Numbered from the stretch's first letter, positions 7,710-17,082 are shown. The stretch is 24,000 nucleotides of DNA from Candidatus Woesearchaeota archaeon (GCA_038874655.1 JAVZBY010000009.1:19156-43155); one strand, 5' to 3'. Notes: generated by a model from the sequence alone, not told the origin. Numbers and translations are program-made.

Positions 7710-7719
7710 TTTTTTTTTT
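7710..7719 (+). terminator. T10 run after tRNA-Cys
   Basis: Ten consecutive T residues start 2 nt after the discriminator. Confidence 0.55.
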
Positions 7720-7761
7720 ATTATTTTATTAAAAATATTAAAAAACTTAAAAAAATAGAAA

Positions 7762-8251
7762 ATGGAATTTTCAATTGAAATTGGATTAATTATTTTATTT
7801 GCTTTATTGAGTGGTGTTTTATCTGTAAGATTTAGAATTCCAACTGTTTTAGGACTTATTTTCATTGGTGCTTTAGTAGGAAACTTAAATCTTATAAAAG
7901 ATCATAAATTATTAGATATTGTCCTAGAAATTGGAGCTATTTTATTATTATTTACTGTAGGTATAGAATTTAATTTAGAAAAGTTAAAAAAATTTGGGTT
8001 AAGTAAATTCAAAAGCTTTTTTTATGGTCAATTATCAGGTATTATTGAACAAATTTTTGGTTTAATTGGATTTTTCTTAGTTTTCATCGCTAAATTTGTC
8101 TTATGCTTTAGCTTTTGCAGCAGGTGCTATGGTTTTTGTAATTGTAGAGGAATTAATTCCAGAATCACAAATAGGAGGTAATTCTGATTTTTCAACTCTA
8201 GGGGTTATTTTGGGTTTTACTATGATGAGGATCTTACTTTCTTTTTATTAA
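7762..8251 (+). pseudogene. Chimeric transporter remnant: CPA2 (Kef/NapA-type) antiporter N-terminus fused to a ZIP (ZupT/GufA-type) C-terminus, with a frameshift
   Basis: In frame 1, MEFSIEIGLIILFALLSGVLSVRFRIPTVLGLIFIGALVGNLNLI...LEIGAILLLFTVGIEFNLEKLKKFG is a typical cation:proton antiporter N-terminus. After only about 90 aa the same frame reads FFYGQLSGIIEQIFGLIGFFLVFIA, which is ZIP-like. The ZIP C-terminus ALAFAAGAMVFVIVEELIPESQIGGNSDFSTLGVILGFTMM continues in frame 2 (8081-8251). Neither protein is complete. Confidence 0.6.
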
Positions 8252-8307
8252 TATTTTTTACTTTTTAGTACTAAACATGATATAAATTTAAATATAACTA
8301 ATTGTTA

Positions 8308-9975
8308 ATGTCAAATATGTCTATTAATTTAAAACAAAAAGAAGATGATTTATTTGGATTAAAAGGTTTAAGTCTAGAACAATTATGTTCAGAAATAGAT
8401 AAAGAATTATCCGATAGTTTATGGTGTGAAAATTTTGAGGAGAGTTTTTTCTATGCTTTATCAAAAGAATTAAAAAAAGTTCCTTATTTATTAACTGGGT
8501 TTATTAATAGTCTTTTTGCCAGAGTAAATCCTGTAATTATGGATAATTCTTTTCCTAGACCTTTTTTAGATTTAGAAACAAAAGAAATAAAAACTAAATA
8601 TGATGACCCTGGGAATTTAGCAAGAATAATATCTAATCTTACAGGAATTTCTTCTCAAGAATTACCTAAATGGTTAACACATAATTTAGAACAATACAAA
8701 GAATATCATCAATTACGAATATATGCATTAACACAAGAATTAATAAAAAAATTAAAAGAAAATAAAAATAAGTCTTATTTGGTTGATAAACTAGAAGGTT
8801 TGATAAATAAGTTTTATAGATATAAAAAAATAGATTATTTAGATTTAAATAGTATTATTAGAACACTTAATTCTAAAAAAAATAATCCTCCTATAAATAA
8901 TATACATAGGTTAATAGTTACATCCATAATTACATTAGCATTAGCTGGTCTTAGTGGTGTTATGACTTATAATTCTGTATATAATAAGCTTCAAGAATCT
9001 GATAAAAATAGAACTTATGAAATTGCAGAACAAATACCTCCATCACTAGATCCAATGCATGGTGCTGTTCCTTTATCTATTCAAATAGGGAATCTATCTG
9101 GAATAGCAGATAGATGTTATATGTCTTTATATGATGGGGAAGGTAATTTTAATGACGAATTTCCTAAATTTTTAGATAATCTTTCAACAGCAAAAGAACA
9201 AGCAAAAATAGTTATTTCTGTATATAGAGACCCAAATCTTCAAAGAGCAGTTTCTTCAATAGAAATAGGTTTTGGAAGAATAGTAAATAGTATTAGCGAA
9301 AGTATAAGAAATGAAGTTTATAATGAATGTGATGATGAAGGCCATTGTGAGAGTCAGTGTAAAAAAAGGGTCTTTATTCTTAGTAAAAATCAAGAATCTA
9401 TAACTTGGGGTTTTGGAGAAATGTGGTATGGACTAGAAACAATTGTTAATGGGAAACCTTTTAAAGATATTACTTTTCATGAAATAAAACCTGGACCTAA
9501 TGCTAATAATTCTATTGTTCTTATTTATAAAAATGCCGGTTCATCACTTCTTATAATTAGAAATGACTTAGAAGATTATGAAAGAAAAATTGCAAGTTAT
9601 CCGGATTTTGAAGAAAAAGTAGATTATAATTGCATTTCTTTAAGTGCTTCTTGGGGGCCTAAGGAGGAAATAAATAAATTAGAACCTTATATAAACAATA
9701 TTACTAGTTTAAACAGAATTCCAGAAAAGCTAGAAAAATTTTTAGATTTATCTGAAAAATATGAGGAAATGCTAAAAAACGCTAAGTCAGATAAAGAAAG
9801 AGCTAGGATTCTAGGTGATTATTCTATAGAACTACATAGAATATTCGGGTATCCAGGAGAGGGACATTTATTTCAAAGAGAAATTAACCTTATTTCATAT
9901 GGTGCTGGAACGCTGATATTTTTTTTTGTTTTAGGTGGGGGTTACATTATATATAAAACATTTATAGAGTTTTAA
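8308..9975 (+). CDS. hypothetical two-pass membrane protein (orphan)
   Basis: This long ORF has 555 aa from the ATG at 8308; the track starts at TTG 8302. One hydrophobic helix lies mid-protein (LIVTSIITLALAGLSGVMTY) and another at the extreme C-terminus (LISYGAGTLIFFFVLGGGYIIY). They bracket a domain of about 300 aa that contains a Cys cluster (ECDDEGHCESQC). I recognise no family motif. Confidence 0.7.
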   Translation: MSNMSINLKQKEDDLFGLKGLSLEQLCSEIDKELSDSLWCENFEESFFYALSKELKKVPYLLTGFINSLFARVNPVIMDNSFPRPFLDLETKEIKTKYDDPGNLARIISNLTGISSQELPKWLTHNLEQYKEYHQLRIYALTQELIKKLKENKNKSYLVDKLEGLINKFYRYKKIDYLDLNSIIRTLNSKKNNPPINNIHRLIVTSIITLALAGLSGVMTYNSVYNKLQESDKNRTYEIAEQIPPSLDPMHGAVPLSIQIGNLSGIADRCYMSLYDGEGNFNDEFPKFLDNLSTAKEQAKIVISVYRDPNLQRAVSSIEIGFGRIVNSISESIRNEVYNECDDEGHCESQCKKRVFILSKNQESITWGFGEMWYGLETIVNGKPFKDITFHEIKPGPNANNSIVLIYKNAGSSLLIIRNDLEDYERKIASYPDFEEKVDYNCISLSASWGPKEEINKLEPYINNITSLNRIPEKLEKFLDLSEKYEEMLKNAKSDKERARILGDYSIELHRIFGYPGEGHLFQREINLISYGAGTLIFFFVLGGGYIIYKTFIEF

Positions 9976-10102
9976 ATGTCCAAATTTAAAATAGTTTGAT
10001 TTTTAACAAAAAGGTTAGAATTTTACTAAAAAACTACAACCAAATTTAAACCTATTAAAGCATTTAAATATTTATTCTATTTTTATAGTATTGGTGATAT
10101 AA

Positions 10103-10780
10103 ATGAGAAATATATCAAAAATAATATTTTTAGCTTTTTTAGCTTTGTTTTTTGTATCTGCATGTCAAATTAACAATCCAGAAAATAATATAATAAAAGA
10201 AGAAAATGAGAGATATGATTGCTTAAATGGCTATTCTTGGAATGAAAAAATTGATGCTTGTATTAAAAATTTAGAATTAGATGAAAGTCAACTTAAAGCA
10301 GTACAAATTGCTGTTGCACCATTAAGTTATAAACCTGTGCATATAGAGAGAGTTGAGACATTAAGATGTCCAGGCTGTTTTATAATTACATTAATATATA
10401 ATAACAATCAAATTAGAGATATAAAATTAATAAATTGGAAAATATCTAAAGAGGATATACAATTTTGCAGTGAAGAAGAAAAAAAAGGAGTTATTTGCAC
10501 TTTAGAGTATATTCCTGTTTGTGGAGATAACGGAAAAACATATAGTAATAAATGTGCAGCTTGTGGAAGCAAAGAAATAGATTACTATTACTTAGGGGAA
10601 TGTAATGAAACAAAAAATAAAGAAACAAATCAAGATTATGAGATTGATGAAAAAAAGAGAGATTGCAAAGAATGCCCTTTATTAAGTCAACCAAGCCCTG
10701 ATTTCTGTAAATACGGAACTATTGTTGCAGGAGAAATTGATGAGTGTGGTTGCCAAGGCCCACCAAAGTGTGTTTATTAA
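10103..10780 (+). CDS. secreted Cys-rich lipoprotein with a Kazal-type serine-protease-inhibitor domain
   Basis: The 225-aa ORF has a signal peptide with a lipobox (LALFFVSAC). Residues 122-167 are CSEEEKKGVICTLEYIPVCGDNGKTYSNKCAACGSKEIDYYYLGEC, a six-Cys Kazal pattern. The C-terminal module is 6-Cys (CKECPLLSQPSPDFCKYGTIVAGEIDECGCQGPPKC). A GGTGAT SD at 10093-10098 lies 4 nt before the ATG. Confidence 0.8.
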   Translation: MRNISKIIFLAFLALFFVSACQINNPENNIIKEENERYDCLNGYSWNEKIDACIKNLELDESQLKAVQIAVAPLSYKPVHIERVETLRCPGCFIITLIYNNNQIRDIKLINWKISKEDIQFCSEEEKKGVICTLEYIPVCGDNGKTYSNKCAACGSKEIDYYYLGECNETKNKETNQDYEIDEKKRDCKECPLLSQPSPDFCKYGTIVAGEIDECGCQGPPKCVY

Positions 10781-10848
10781 GTGTGTATAAGTATAAAAGT
10801 AAATAAAAATTTTATAAGATATTTTTTAGAAAATAGGATATTATGAAA

Positions 10849-10965
10849 CTAATAACTTTTTATTATTTCTTTGTTATAATCCATAAACCATGAGTTTTTA
10901 CACTCATCTGAACAAAATATTGTATCATTTGTTTCTTTTCTACATGTTCTACATATATTTACCAT
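10849..10965 (-). CDS. 38-aa zinc-ribbon protein (DUF2116-like), not in the ORF track
   Basis: My own translation is MVNICRTCRKETNDTIFCSDECKNSWFMDYNKEIIKSY, with a CxxC...CxxxC arrangement. A TATA-like TTTAAATA on the minus strand (10988-10995) is centred about 26 nt upstream of the ATG. Confidence 0.45.
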   Translation of the reverse strand: MVNICRTCRKETNDTIFCSDECKNSWFMDYNKEIIKSY

Positions 10966-11017
10966 AAAAGCTAAATCTATTTTGTTATATTTAAATCTTT
11001 TGTTTTTTAACCACTTA

Positions 11018-11809
11018 TTAGTAGTTAAATTTATTAATGTTTTTTTGTTGGTTATTTTTTAAAAAGAATTCATGTATTTTTCCTCTTTGCCAATCATATA
11101 ATAAAGAACGAGCCATTCGTTTTAAATCAGGAGTATTTCCTTTTAATAATATTTTTTTTGAGATTGCTATTTTTTCTAAAAAGGTATAAGAATCGTTTTC
11201 ATAGGTTAGGTTATAGTATTTTTCAAACAATTTTGGTTGTAGGTCAATTAGTCTCATTGCAAAATATTCTGGTTCTTTTAGATGCTCTGGATTTTTTGAA
11301 CCAATAATTACTTGTTTTTCAATACTTTTTTCTGGATCTTTTTCATCAAATGGCAAAACACCTGGCGTGTCTATTAATTTTAATTTACCTCTTTTTACAA
11401 ATTGAATTCCTTTTGTATGGCCAGAAACAGGACTTACAGAAGCTGATTTTTGCCCTTTTAATAAGTTTATAACTGAACTTTTTCCCACATTTGGATAACC
11501 TAAAATTCCTATTACGCTTTCCTTACCTTTAACTAATTCCATTATTTTTTTATAAAGAATTGTGCCACCTAATTTTTTTGTAGATGAAACAAACACACTA
11601 GGTTTAAAATTTTTTTTAATCTCTTCTGCTTGTTCTTTTGTTATTAAATCACATTTATTTAACACATAAAGTAATTTTTTATTCTTCTGTTTAATTTTTA
11701 ATTCTATTTCTTTGTGTCTAGTTAATTCTGGCATTCTTGAATCTAAAATTAGTAATAATAAATCTGATTCATCAATAACTTTATTTACTAAATTCCAATA
11801 ATTTGCCAT
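11018..11809 (-). CDS. circularly permuted ribosome-biogenesis GTPase (YlqF/RbgA/MJ1464 family)
   Basis: In this 263-aa ORF the G motifs are in permuted order: G4 NKCD, then G1 GYPNVGKSS, then G3 DTPG. Confidence 0.87.
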   Translation of the reverse strand: MANYWNLVNKVIDESDLLLLILDSRMPELTRHKEIELKIKQKNKKLLYVLNKCDLITKEQAEEIKKNFKPSVFVSSTKKLGGTILYKKIMELVKGKESVIGILGYPNVGKSSVINLLKGQKSASVSPVSGHTKGIQFVKRGKLKLIDTPGVLPFDEKDPEKSIEKQVIIGSKNPEHLKEPEYFAMRLIDLQPKLFEKYYNLTYENDSYTFLEKIAISKKILLKGNTPDLKRMARSLLYDWQRGKIHEFFLKNNQQKNINKFNY

Positions 11810-11952
11810 GTTTTATTTAAAGAATTTTTTTACAATTATAAAATATACTTTTTAATTAATTTCTAGTGTTTAAATTAAGTATCATTTTAATATACATTTT
11901 TAATATACTAATATACGAAAATTTTAAATAGTAAGAGTTTATTATAAGTAAT

Positions 11953-12621
11953 ATGACTATTTGGACTCCTAAAGCAGATGTTGGTATTAAAAGCCAATGG
12001 GCGCCTCAAAAAGATGGTAGATGGGATGAGTCCAATATTTTAGTTTATAGCACACAAATAAAGCAAGAGAGAATAATTCATTTAGAGAATGTTTATAGAT
12101 ATATGTGGCATTATTTTAGTGAAGAAGGTTGGAATGCTTCTGAAAGTATTGGAGATGTTGATGATAACAAAAGATATGAAGTTTTTTTTGGTGAATATAG
12201 GGATAGTCAAGGTCATAAAGAAATAAGATTTTGGTGGAGAATGCAAAAAAATTGTGGTGGTATTGCTGGTGTTCATAACTATTTTTTATACAAAGTTTAT
12301 GTTGATGTTTTAACAACTAATATGAAAAGAATTGAAATGACTTATAAAGGTAAAAAAATAAAACCTTATGTTGGAGAATTTATATTATGGTTTAATTCAA
12401 TCTTAGTTTTAGATAGAAATGGTTGGTTTAAAAAAGATGGTCCTTTAAGTGTTTTTGCAGATTTCTTCCCAAGAATGATATATAAAGATAGGATAAGGGA
12501 ACAAGAAATTGAATTAAGAAGGTTTTCTGAAAGATTTATTGAAGATTTAAAGTTCTTTATTGGTTTGAATAGATTAAATGCTGTCAGACAACCCCTAGAA
12601 CCAGAAAAAGAATGGTTCTAA
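11953..12621 (+). CDS. hypothetical Trp-rich protein (orphan)
   Basis: This is a 222-aa ORF with no transmembrane segment or signal peptide and no motif I recognise. TTTTAAATA at 11922-11930 is centred about 27 nt upstream of the ATG. Confidence 0.62.
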   Translation: MTIWTPKADVGIKSQWAPQKDGRWDESNILVYSTQIKQERIIHLENVYRYMWHYFSEEGWNASESIGDVDDNKRYEVFFGEYRDSQGHKEIRFWWRMQKNCGGIAGVHNYFLYKVYVDVLTTNMKRIEMTYKGKKIKPYVGEFILWFNSILVLDRNGWFKKDGPLSVFADFFPRMIYKDRIREQEIELRRFSERFIEDLKFFIGLNRLNAVRQPLEPEKEWF

Positions 12622-12687
12622 GAATATAGAAACTAAAAAAATAATTATAAAAAATTAAAAAACAAGATATATAATCTTATTTTTATC

Positions 12688-15600
12688 TTATTTCAGAACA
12701 TAGCTAAAGTCAATTGTACTATTATCATTTAAAGTTATTCTATAATTGTATCTATATGCTAAAAATCCTATTAAGTTCTTTGTATTTATGTTAAATATCC
12801 ATAGCTTATCTTTGTCATCCCATCTAAATTCATTAAAAGGTGTGGTTGAAATAATTTCTTCTTCTGTTATCTCTACAAAAGGATTAGTTAAAGAACTTTT
12901 TAATAATTTAAATTCCTTAACTATGCCAGGTGTATTAATTGAATTTCCATTTGCATCACAGACCCTAAATTTTGCAGGGACAGTGCTTTTTTGTTTGAAA
13001 ACACTTGTACCATCTGCTCTAATTGGAGGTAAAATTTGATGACCTGGCATATCTAGACATAATCCATCTGGAGCATATATTACTCTGTAATTTAATAATG
13101 TCTCTCTTTTATTACCCACATTATCAAAAGCAAAACAATTTATTGATTTTTCTCCAACACTATTTAAGTCTAATTCTTCACATGCTTGATTAAATAAACC
13201 TGAACCATAATCAACTGCGTTTAAAGTTATTGTTGCATTTCCATTTAATATTATTGGATTTGGCTCTACTATTGGATTTAAAATTGGTGCTTTTTTGTCA
13301 ATTTTATTTCCTTCAACAGTTATTGGATAAACACAATTTCCAACTAAATCACAAACTTCTTCATTTGAAAATGCAACTGCATTATCTGTTTCTGTTTCTT
13401 CAGAAACATCTGTTTTTAATTTAATCTCTTGTGTTTCTGGACCAGAACCATAATCACTATAATTACATAAAATTTCTACATCTTCTTTGTGCCATAAACC
13501 ATCTGGCTCTTCACATGACAATAATTCAGGGGATTTTTTATCTACTTTAATATTATAAAAAGGCCCAGCTATAACACAATTATTTAATTTATCACATACA
13601 TTAAAAGTATTTGTAGATGCATTGTTTGTTTCAATTCCAATATCAACAGTAGTAGTTAAATTGAAAATATCATAATCAATACCAACTCCATTATCAGCAA
13701 CAGAACAGAGTATCAAGACATTTTCATTATTCCAATTATCATCAGGCATTTGGCATTCAAATGTAGGCGATTTTCTATCTATTTTAAATTTAAAAGGACC
13801 AATAATTACACAATTTCCAGCATTATCACACACTTCTTTAGTGTTTGTTTCTGCATTATCAGTTTCAATACCTTGCTCAATATTTGTGGTTAAAACAATT
13901 ATATTATCTCCTGAAAATCCTGAAAAATGATCAGAAACATTACAAATTACATTTACATTATCATTATACCATTTATATTCTGGAATCTCACACTCTACAA
14001 TAGGAGCACTTTTATCAATTTTAATTATATCATATTTAATTTCCTCAACATTTCCATAATCACTAAAATTAATATTTTCATAAGTTCCATTTCCAAATCC
14101 ACTATTATCAACACTTAAATACCTAAGATAATTAATTCCTTCATTTGATATTAGAATTTGATTTCCTTGATGATTTGGTTGACATATATTTTCATTATCT
14201 ATGCAATAATAAGTTGCTTGAACACCGCATATATTATCTATAGAGCTTAAATTTACTATAATATCTGTGTTTTGCCATTCATTTGGAACATTACTTGTAG
14301 TTATTGGTGGTTCTTGATCATGTTCATCTATTAAATTATTACAATCATTATCTTTTCTATCGCAAATTTCTGGGTTTCCAGAAAAGATATCAGCATCTAA
14401 ATCATTACAATCTCCGCATGTTAAGCTATAATTATCTAAGTCATTATCTTCTTCACAAGATACTTGACAGGTGTTTTGTGTACATGTAAAAAGAGCTGAA
14501 CAATAGTTATTTACAAATTCTGGAAAATCACCAAAGATATTTACAGAACAGCCAGAACCACAACCATCATTTGGACATATAGTTGGCTCACAATCTTGGT
14601 TTTGTGTATCATCAAAAATAGGATTTCCATTTTCATCACAAATAGCACATATTCCTGCATCATTTCCAAAACTTGTGCAATTACTCCAAACGCCATAGAA
14701 ACAAGTTCTTGTTCCTAAGCATAATCCTGAACCACATTCACTTATTAAATTTTCATCAATTAAATTATTGCAATTATTATCCTTATTATCACAAGATTCA
14801 TTATTATTAGGAAAGTTTAAAGGATCATTGTCATTACAATCACAAAGTTTACCTGCTCCATCCTTATCATTATCTAATTGATCTGGATTAAGAACAAAAG
14901 GACAATTATCACATGCATCTCCGTATTTGTCTGTAAGAGAATTATAATCCCTATTAAAATTTAATTTAATATCATCAAAATAAGCATATTGCCCATAAAC
15001 TCTAGAATAATCCCAACCACCTATTTTTAATCTAAACCTTGAAGATGAACTCATTGCTGTTGTTGGCTCTGATCTAACTAAAACACCATTTTCCCAATAT
15101 TCTATAGAATTTCTCTTTACTACAAATTTAAAGTTCACATACTCTCTTGGCAAAGTTCTGGATTGTTCTGTTGAACTAGTTGAGGATAAAATAAACCTAA
15201 TTCTAGAACCATAAGCAGCATAACCAACACCAACATTATTATTTGTGGAAGCATCTTGAAGCAATAACAGCATTTCTGCTGTAGAGGCAGGATTAAATTT
15301 CCATTTTCCTTCAATTGTTATGTTCTGCCATACTGAATTAACAATGTCCCTGGAAACCAAATAAATATGATAATCTGGACTTCCTCCTTTTCCGAGAATA
15401 TTAAATCTAGCTTCTTGGTTTATTTCTTCAAAAACACTATCCCCAACTTTATCAAACATAGGCCATTTTGTTGTGTTTAATAAGTTATCATTAAAATTAT
15501 CTTCAAAAGAACTTTCTAATCTATCAGAATCTTTTTGGTCTGGATTATATGCATAAGGACAATTATCACATACATCACCTATACCATCTTGATCAACATC

Positions 15601-16920
15601 TTTTTGGTTTGGATTATATAGATAAGGACAGTTATCGCAAACATCTCCGATCCCATCTTTATCATCATCATTCTGATCAGAATTAAATATATAAGGACAA
15701 TTATCGCAAACATCACCAAAAATATCATTATCAATATTTAATTGGTCTGGATTATATATTAAAACACAATTATCATTTCCAGTACATTCATTTGAATAAA
15801 AGTTTTTTCTGCAAATACCATCATGATCAATATCAGGAAGCCAACCATAAGGAATAATAAAAGGATAAATGTCTTTTCCTGTATCAAAAATAGAATAATT
15901 TGTATCTCCAATACTATCACCATCTATATCTTTTCCTTTGTAATCACTCCAATAATTACCACCATTAGGATAACCATCGTCAAAATAATTTTGAGTATTA
16001 GAATAATAATTTCTTAATTGGTTTATATTATCAATAAAATTATTATGGTATATTTTATTATTAGAAGAATATCTATCTAAATAAACACCATAAGAAGAGT
16101 TTAAAATATTATTTTTTGTTATTAAATGCCTTTGTCCTAGAGAAGTATAAATTCCAAATGTTGTTTTGTTTATCTGATTGTTTATAATTGTAATATTATA
16201 ACTATTATAAGTAAAAATTCCATAATTTACATTTTGAATCTTACAATTTTGGATAGTGATGTTTTTTTTACTATACAAATAGATTCCATTCTCTGTAGTA
16301 GGTTGTATTACATGATCATTACAATCCAAAGTTATAGTGTCATTTGTTATTTCTATTGTTTCCATTATGTTTGTTGTTAATGTACATTTTTTTTGCATAT
16401 TATCCCAAATTCCTATCTTTACACAATCTCCACCTGTAGAATTATCCCTAATAAACTTTGTAGAGGGTTTATTTTGAATCCAAACATGTTTCGGATAACC
16501 TTCTATTGAGAAATTTATTTTTCCTTGGCAATCTTCACAATCTTTTTCAGCAGGAATGGTTTGCTTATTTTCATAAGTATTTTCATACAAGTAATATTCT
16601 TTATCAGGAATTAATCCATAAACTGAGAAATCTGTTTTCCCTTCTAATTCATCTATTAGCATATCAACTCTTTCAATTTCATCTGTGCCTAAAACCAAAA
16701 CACTCATTTTTACGCTTTTATTTGTTTCAATAAAAATTGCAGGCGTCTTAGTAATAAAAGTTGTATTCAAAGTATCTAAAATTTCAAAATTCGGAAAATC
16801 TATTTTTTCAACTTTTTCTAGGTTTTCATTTGTATCAAAAAATTCATTTTCCTTTTGCTGTGCAAAAGAAAAACTTAAAAAAAATATAACTAAAAAGAAA
16901 TAGATTGTACTTTTTTTCAT
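12688..16920 (-). CDS. 1410-aa secreted mosaic surface protein (beta-helix, TSP3 repeats, MopE-like Cys motifs, Ig-like repeats)
   Basis: I place the start at Met62 of the track ORF ([22 protein letters not shown], a signal peptide), preceded by a G6 purine box. The upstream 61 codons overlap tRNA-Thr and its terminator.
- Residues about 185-300 are parallel beta-helix/NosD-like repeats ([20 protein letters not shown] and similar).
- Residues 360-466 and 664-692 are thrombospondin type-3 Ca-binding repeats (DNCPYxYNPxQxDxDxDGIGDVC).
- Residues about 470-655 are a beta-rich, possibly LamG-like domain.
- Residues 693-866 hold two CDxxDxxCNNLIDE (MopE-like) motifs.
- Residues 868-1280 are Ig-like repeats.
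There is no C-terminal transmembrane anchor. Confidence 0.85.
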   Translation of the reverse strand: MKKSTIYFFLVIFFLSFSFAQQKENEFFDTNENLEKVEKIDFPNFEILDTLNTTFITKTPAIFIETNKSVKMSVLVLGTDEIERVDMLIDELEGKTDFSVYGLIPDKEYYLYENTYENKQTIPAEKDCEDCQGKINFSIEGYPKHVWIQNKPSTKFIRDNSTGGDCVKIGIWDNMQKKCTLTTNIMETIEITNDTITLDCNDHVIQPTTENGIYLYSKKNITIQNCKIQNVNYGIFTYNSYNITIINNQINKTTFGIYTSLGQRHLITKNNILNSSYGVYLDRYSSNNKIYHNNFIDNINQLRNYYSNTQNYFDDGYPNGGNYWSDYKGKDIDGDSIGDTNYSIFDTGKDIYPFIIPYGWLPDIDHDGICRKNFYSNECTGNDNCVLIYNPDQLNIDNDIFGDVCDNCPYIFNSDQNDDDKDGIGDVCDNCPYLYNPNQKDVDQDGIGDVCDNCPYAYNPDQKDSDRLESSFEDNFNDNLLNTTKWPMFDKVGDSVFEEINQEARFNILGKGGSPDYHIYLVSRDIVNSVWQNITIEGKWKFNPASTAEMLLLLQDASTNNNVGVGYAAYGSRIRFILSSTSSTEQSRTLPREYVNFKFVVKRNSIEYWENGVLVRSEPTTAMSSSSRFRLKIGGWDYSRVYGQYAYFDDIKLNFNRDYNSLTDKYGDACDNCPFVLNPDQLDNDKDGAGKLCDCNDNDPLNFPNNNESCDNKDNNCNNLIDENLISECGSGLCLGTRTCFYGVWSNCTSFGNDAGICAICDENGNPIFDDTQNQDCEPTICPNDGCGSGCSVNIFGDFPEFVNNYCSALFTCTQNTCQVSCEEDNDLDNYSLTCGDCNDLDADIFSGNPEICDRKDNDCNNLIDEHDQEPPITTSNVPNEWQNTDIIVNLSSIDNICGVQATYYCIDNENICQPNHQGNQILISNEGINYLRYLSVDNSGFGNGTYENINFSDYGNVEEIKYDIIKIDKSAPIVECEIPEYKWYNDNVNVICNVSDHFSGFSGDNIIVLTTNIEQGIETDNAETNTKEVCDNAGNCVIIGPFKFKIDRKSPTFECQMPDDNWNNENVLILCSVADNGVGIDYDIFNLTTTVDIGIETNNASTNTFNVCDKLNNCVIAGPFYNIKVDKKSPELLSCEEPDGLWHKEDVEILCNYSDYGSGPETQEIKLKTDVSEETETDNAVAFSNEEVCDLVGNCVYPITVEGNKIDKKAPILNPIVEPNPIILNGNATITLNAVDYGSGLFNQACEELDLNSVGEKSINCFAFDNVGNKRETLLNYRVIYAPDGLCLDMPGHQILPPIRADGTSVFKQKSTVPAKFRVCDANGNSINTPGIVKEFKLLKSSLTNPFVEITEEEIISTTPFNEFRWDDKDKLWIFNINTKNLIGFLAYRYNYRITLNDNSTIDFSYVLK
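13081..14025 (-). repeat. Four tandem Ig-like domain repeats of about 75-82 aa within the giant protein
   Basis: The repeats begin [110 protein letters not shown] and [36 protein letters not shown]. Each of the first three ends with a CDxxGNC motif. Confidence 0.75.
15523..15843 (-). repeat. Thrombospondin type-3-like calcium-binding repeats (about 23-aa / 69-nt period)
   Basis: The protein reads [61 protein letters not shown]. The periodicity is also visible at the DNA level. Confidence 0.8.
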
Positions 16921-17082
16921 TGTAGACCCCCCGAAAAGAATATATAATATATATAAGTATATATAAGTTATATAAAAAGATTGCTGAATTTTATATTTAG
17001 ATAAAAATTTAATAATATAATAAGATATTATAATAAAAAAGTAATGAAAAAATACTTGCAAAAAAATTAAAAAAAGTGAATA

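Noticed and set aside
7557-7865. 102-aa minus-strand track ORF
   Set aside because: It is the antisense shadow of tRNA-Cys (7585-7708) and overlaps the start of the plus-strand transporter remnant. It has no coding features.
12746-16903. Numerous 60-100-aa plus-strand track ORFs inside the giant gene. Similar antisense ORFs lie at 468-689, 984-1202, 2551-2895, 3826-4059, 4422-4658, 10491-10694, 12082-12316, 19937-20152, 21728-22449 and 23504-23913.
   Set aside because: All lie antisense to, or out of frame within, long motif-supported CDSs. They translate to low-complexity I/L/F/K-rich strings typical of AT-rich shadow ORFs.
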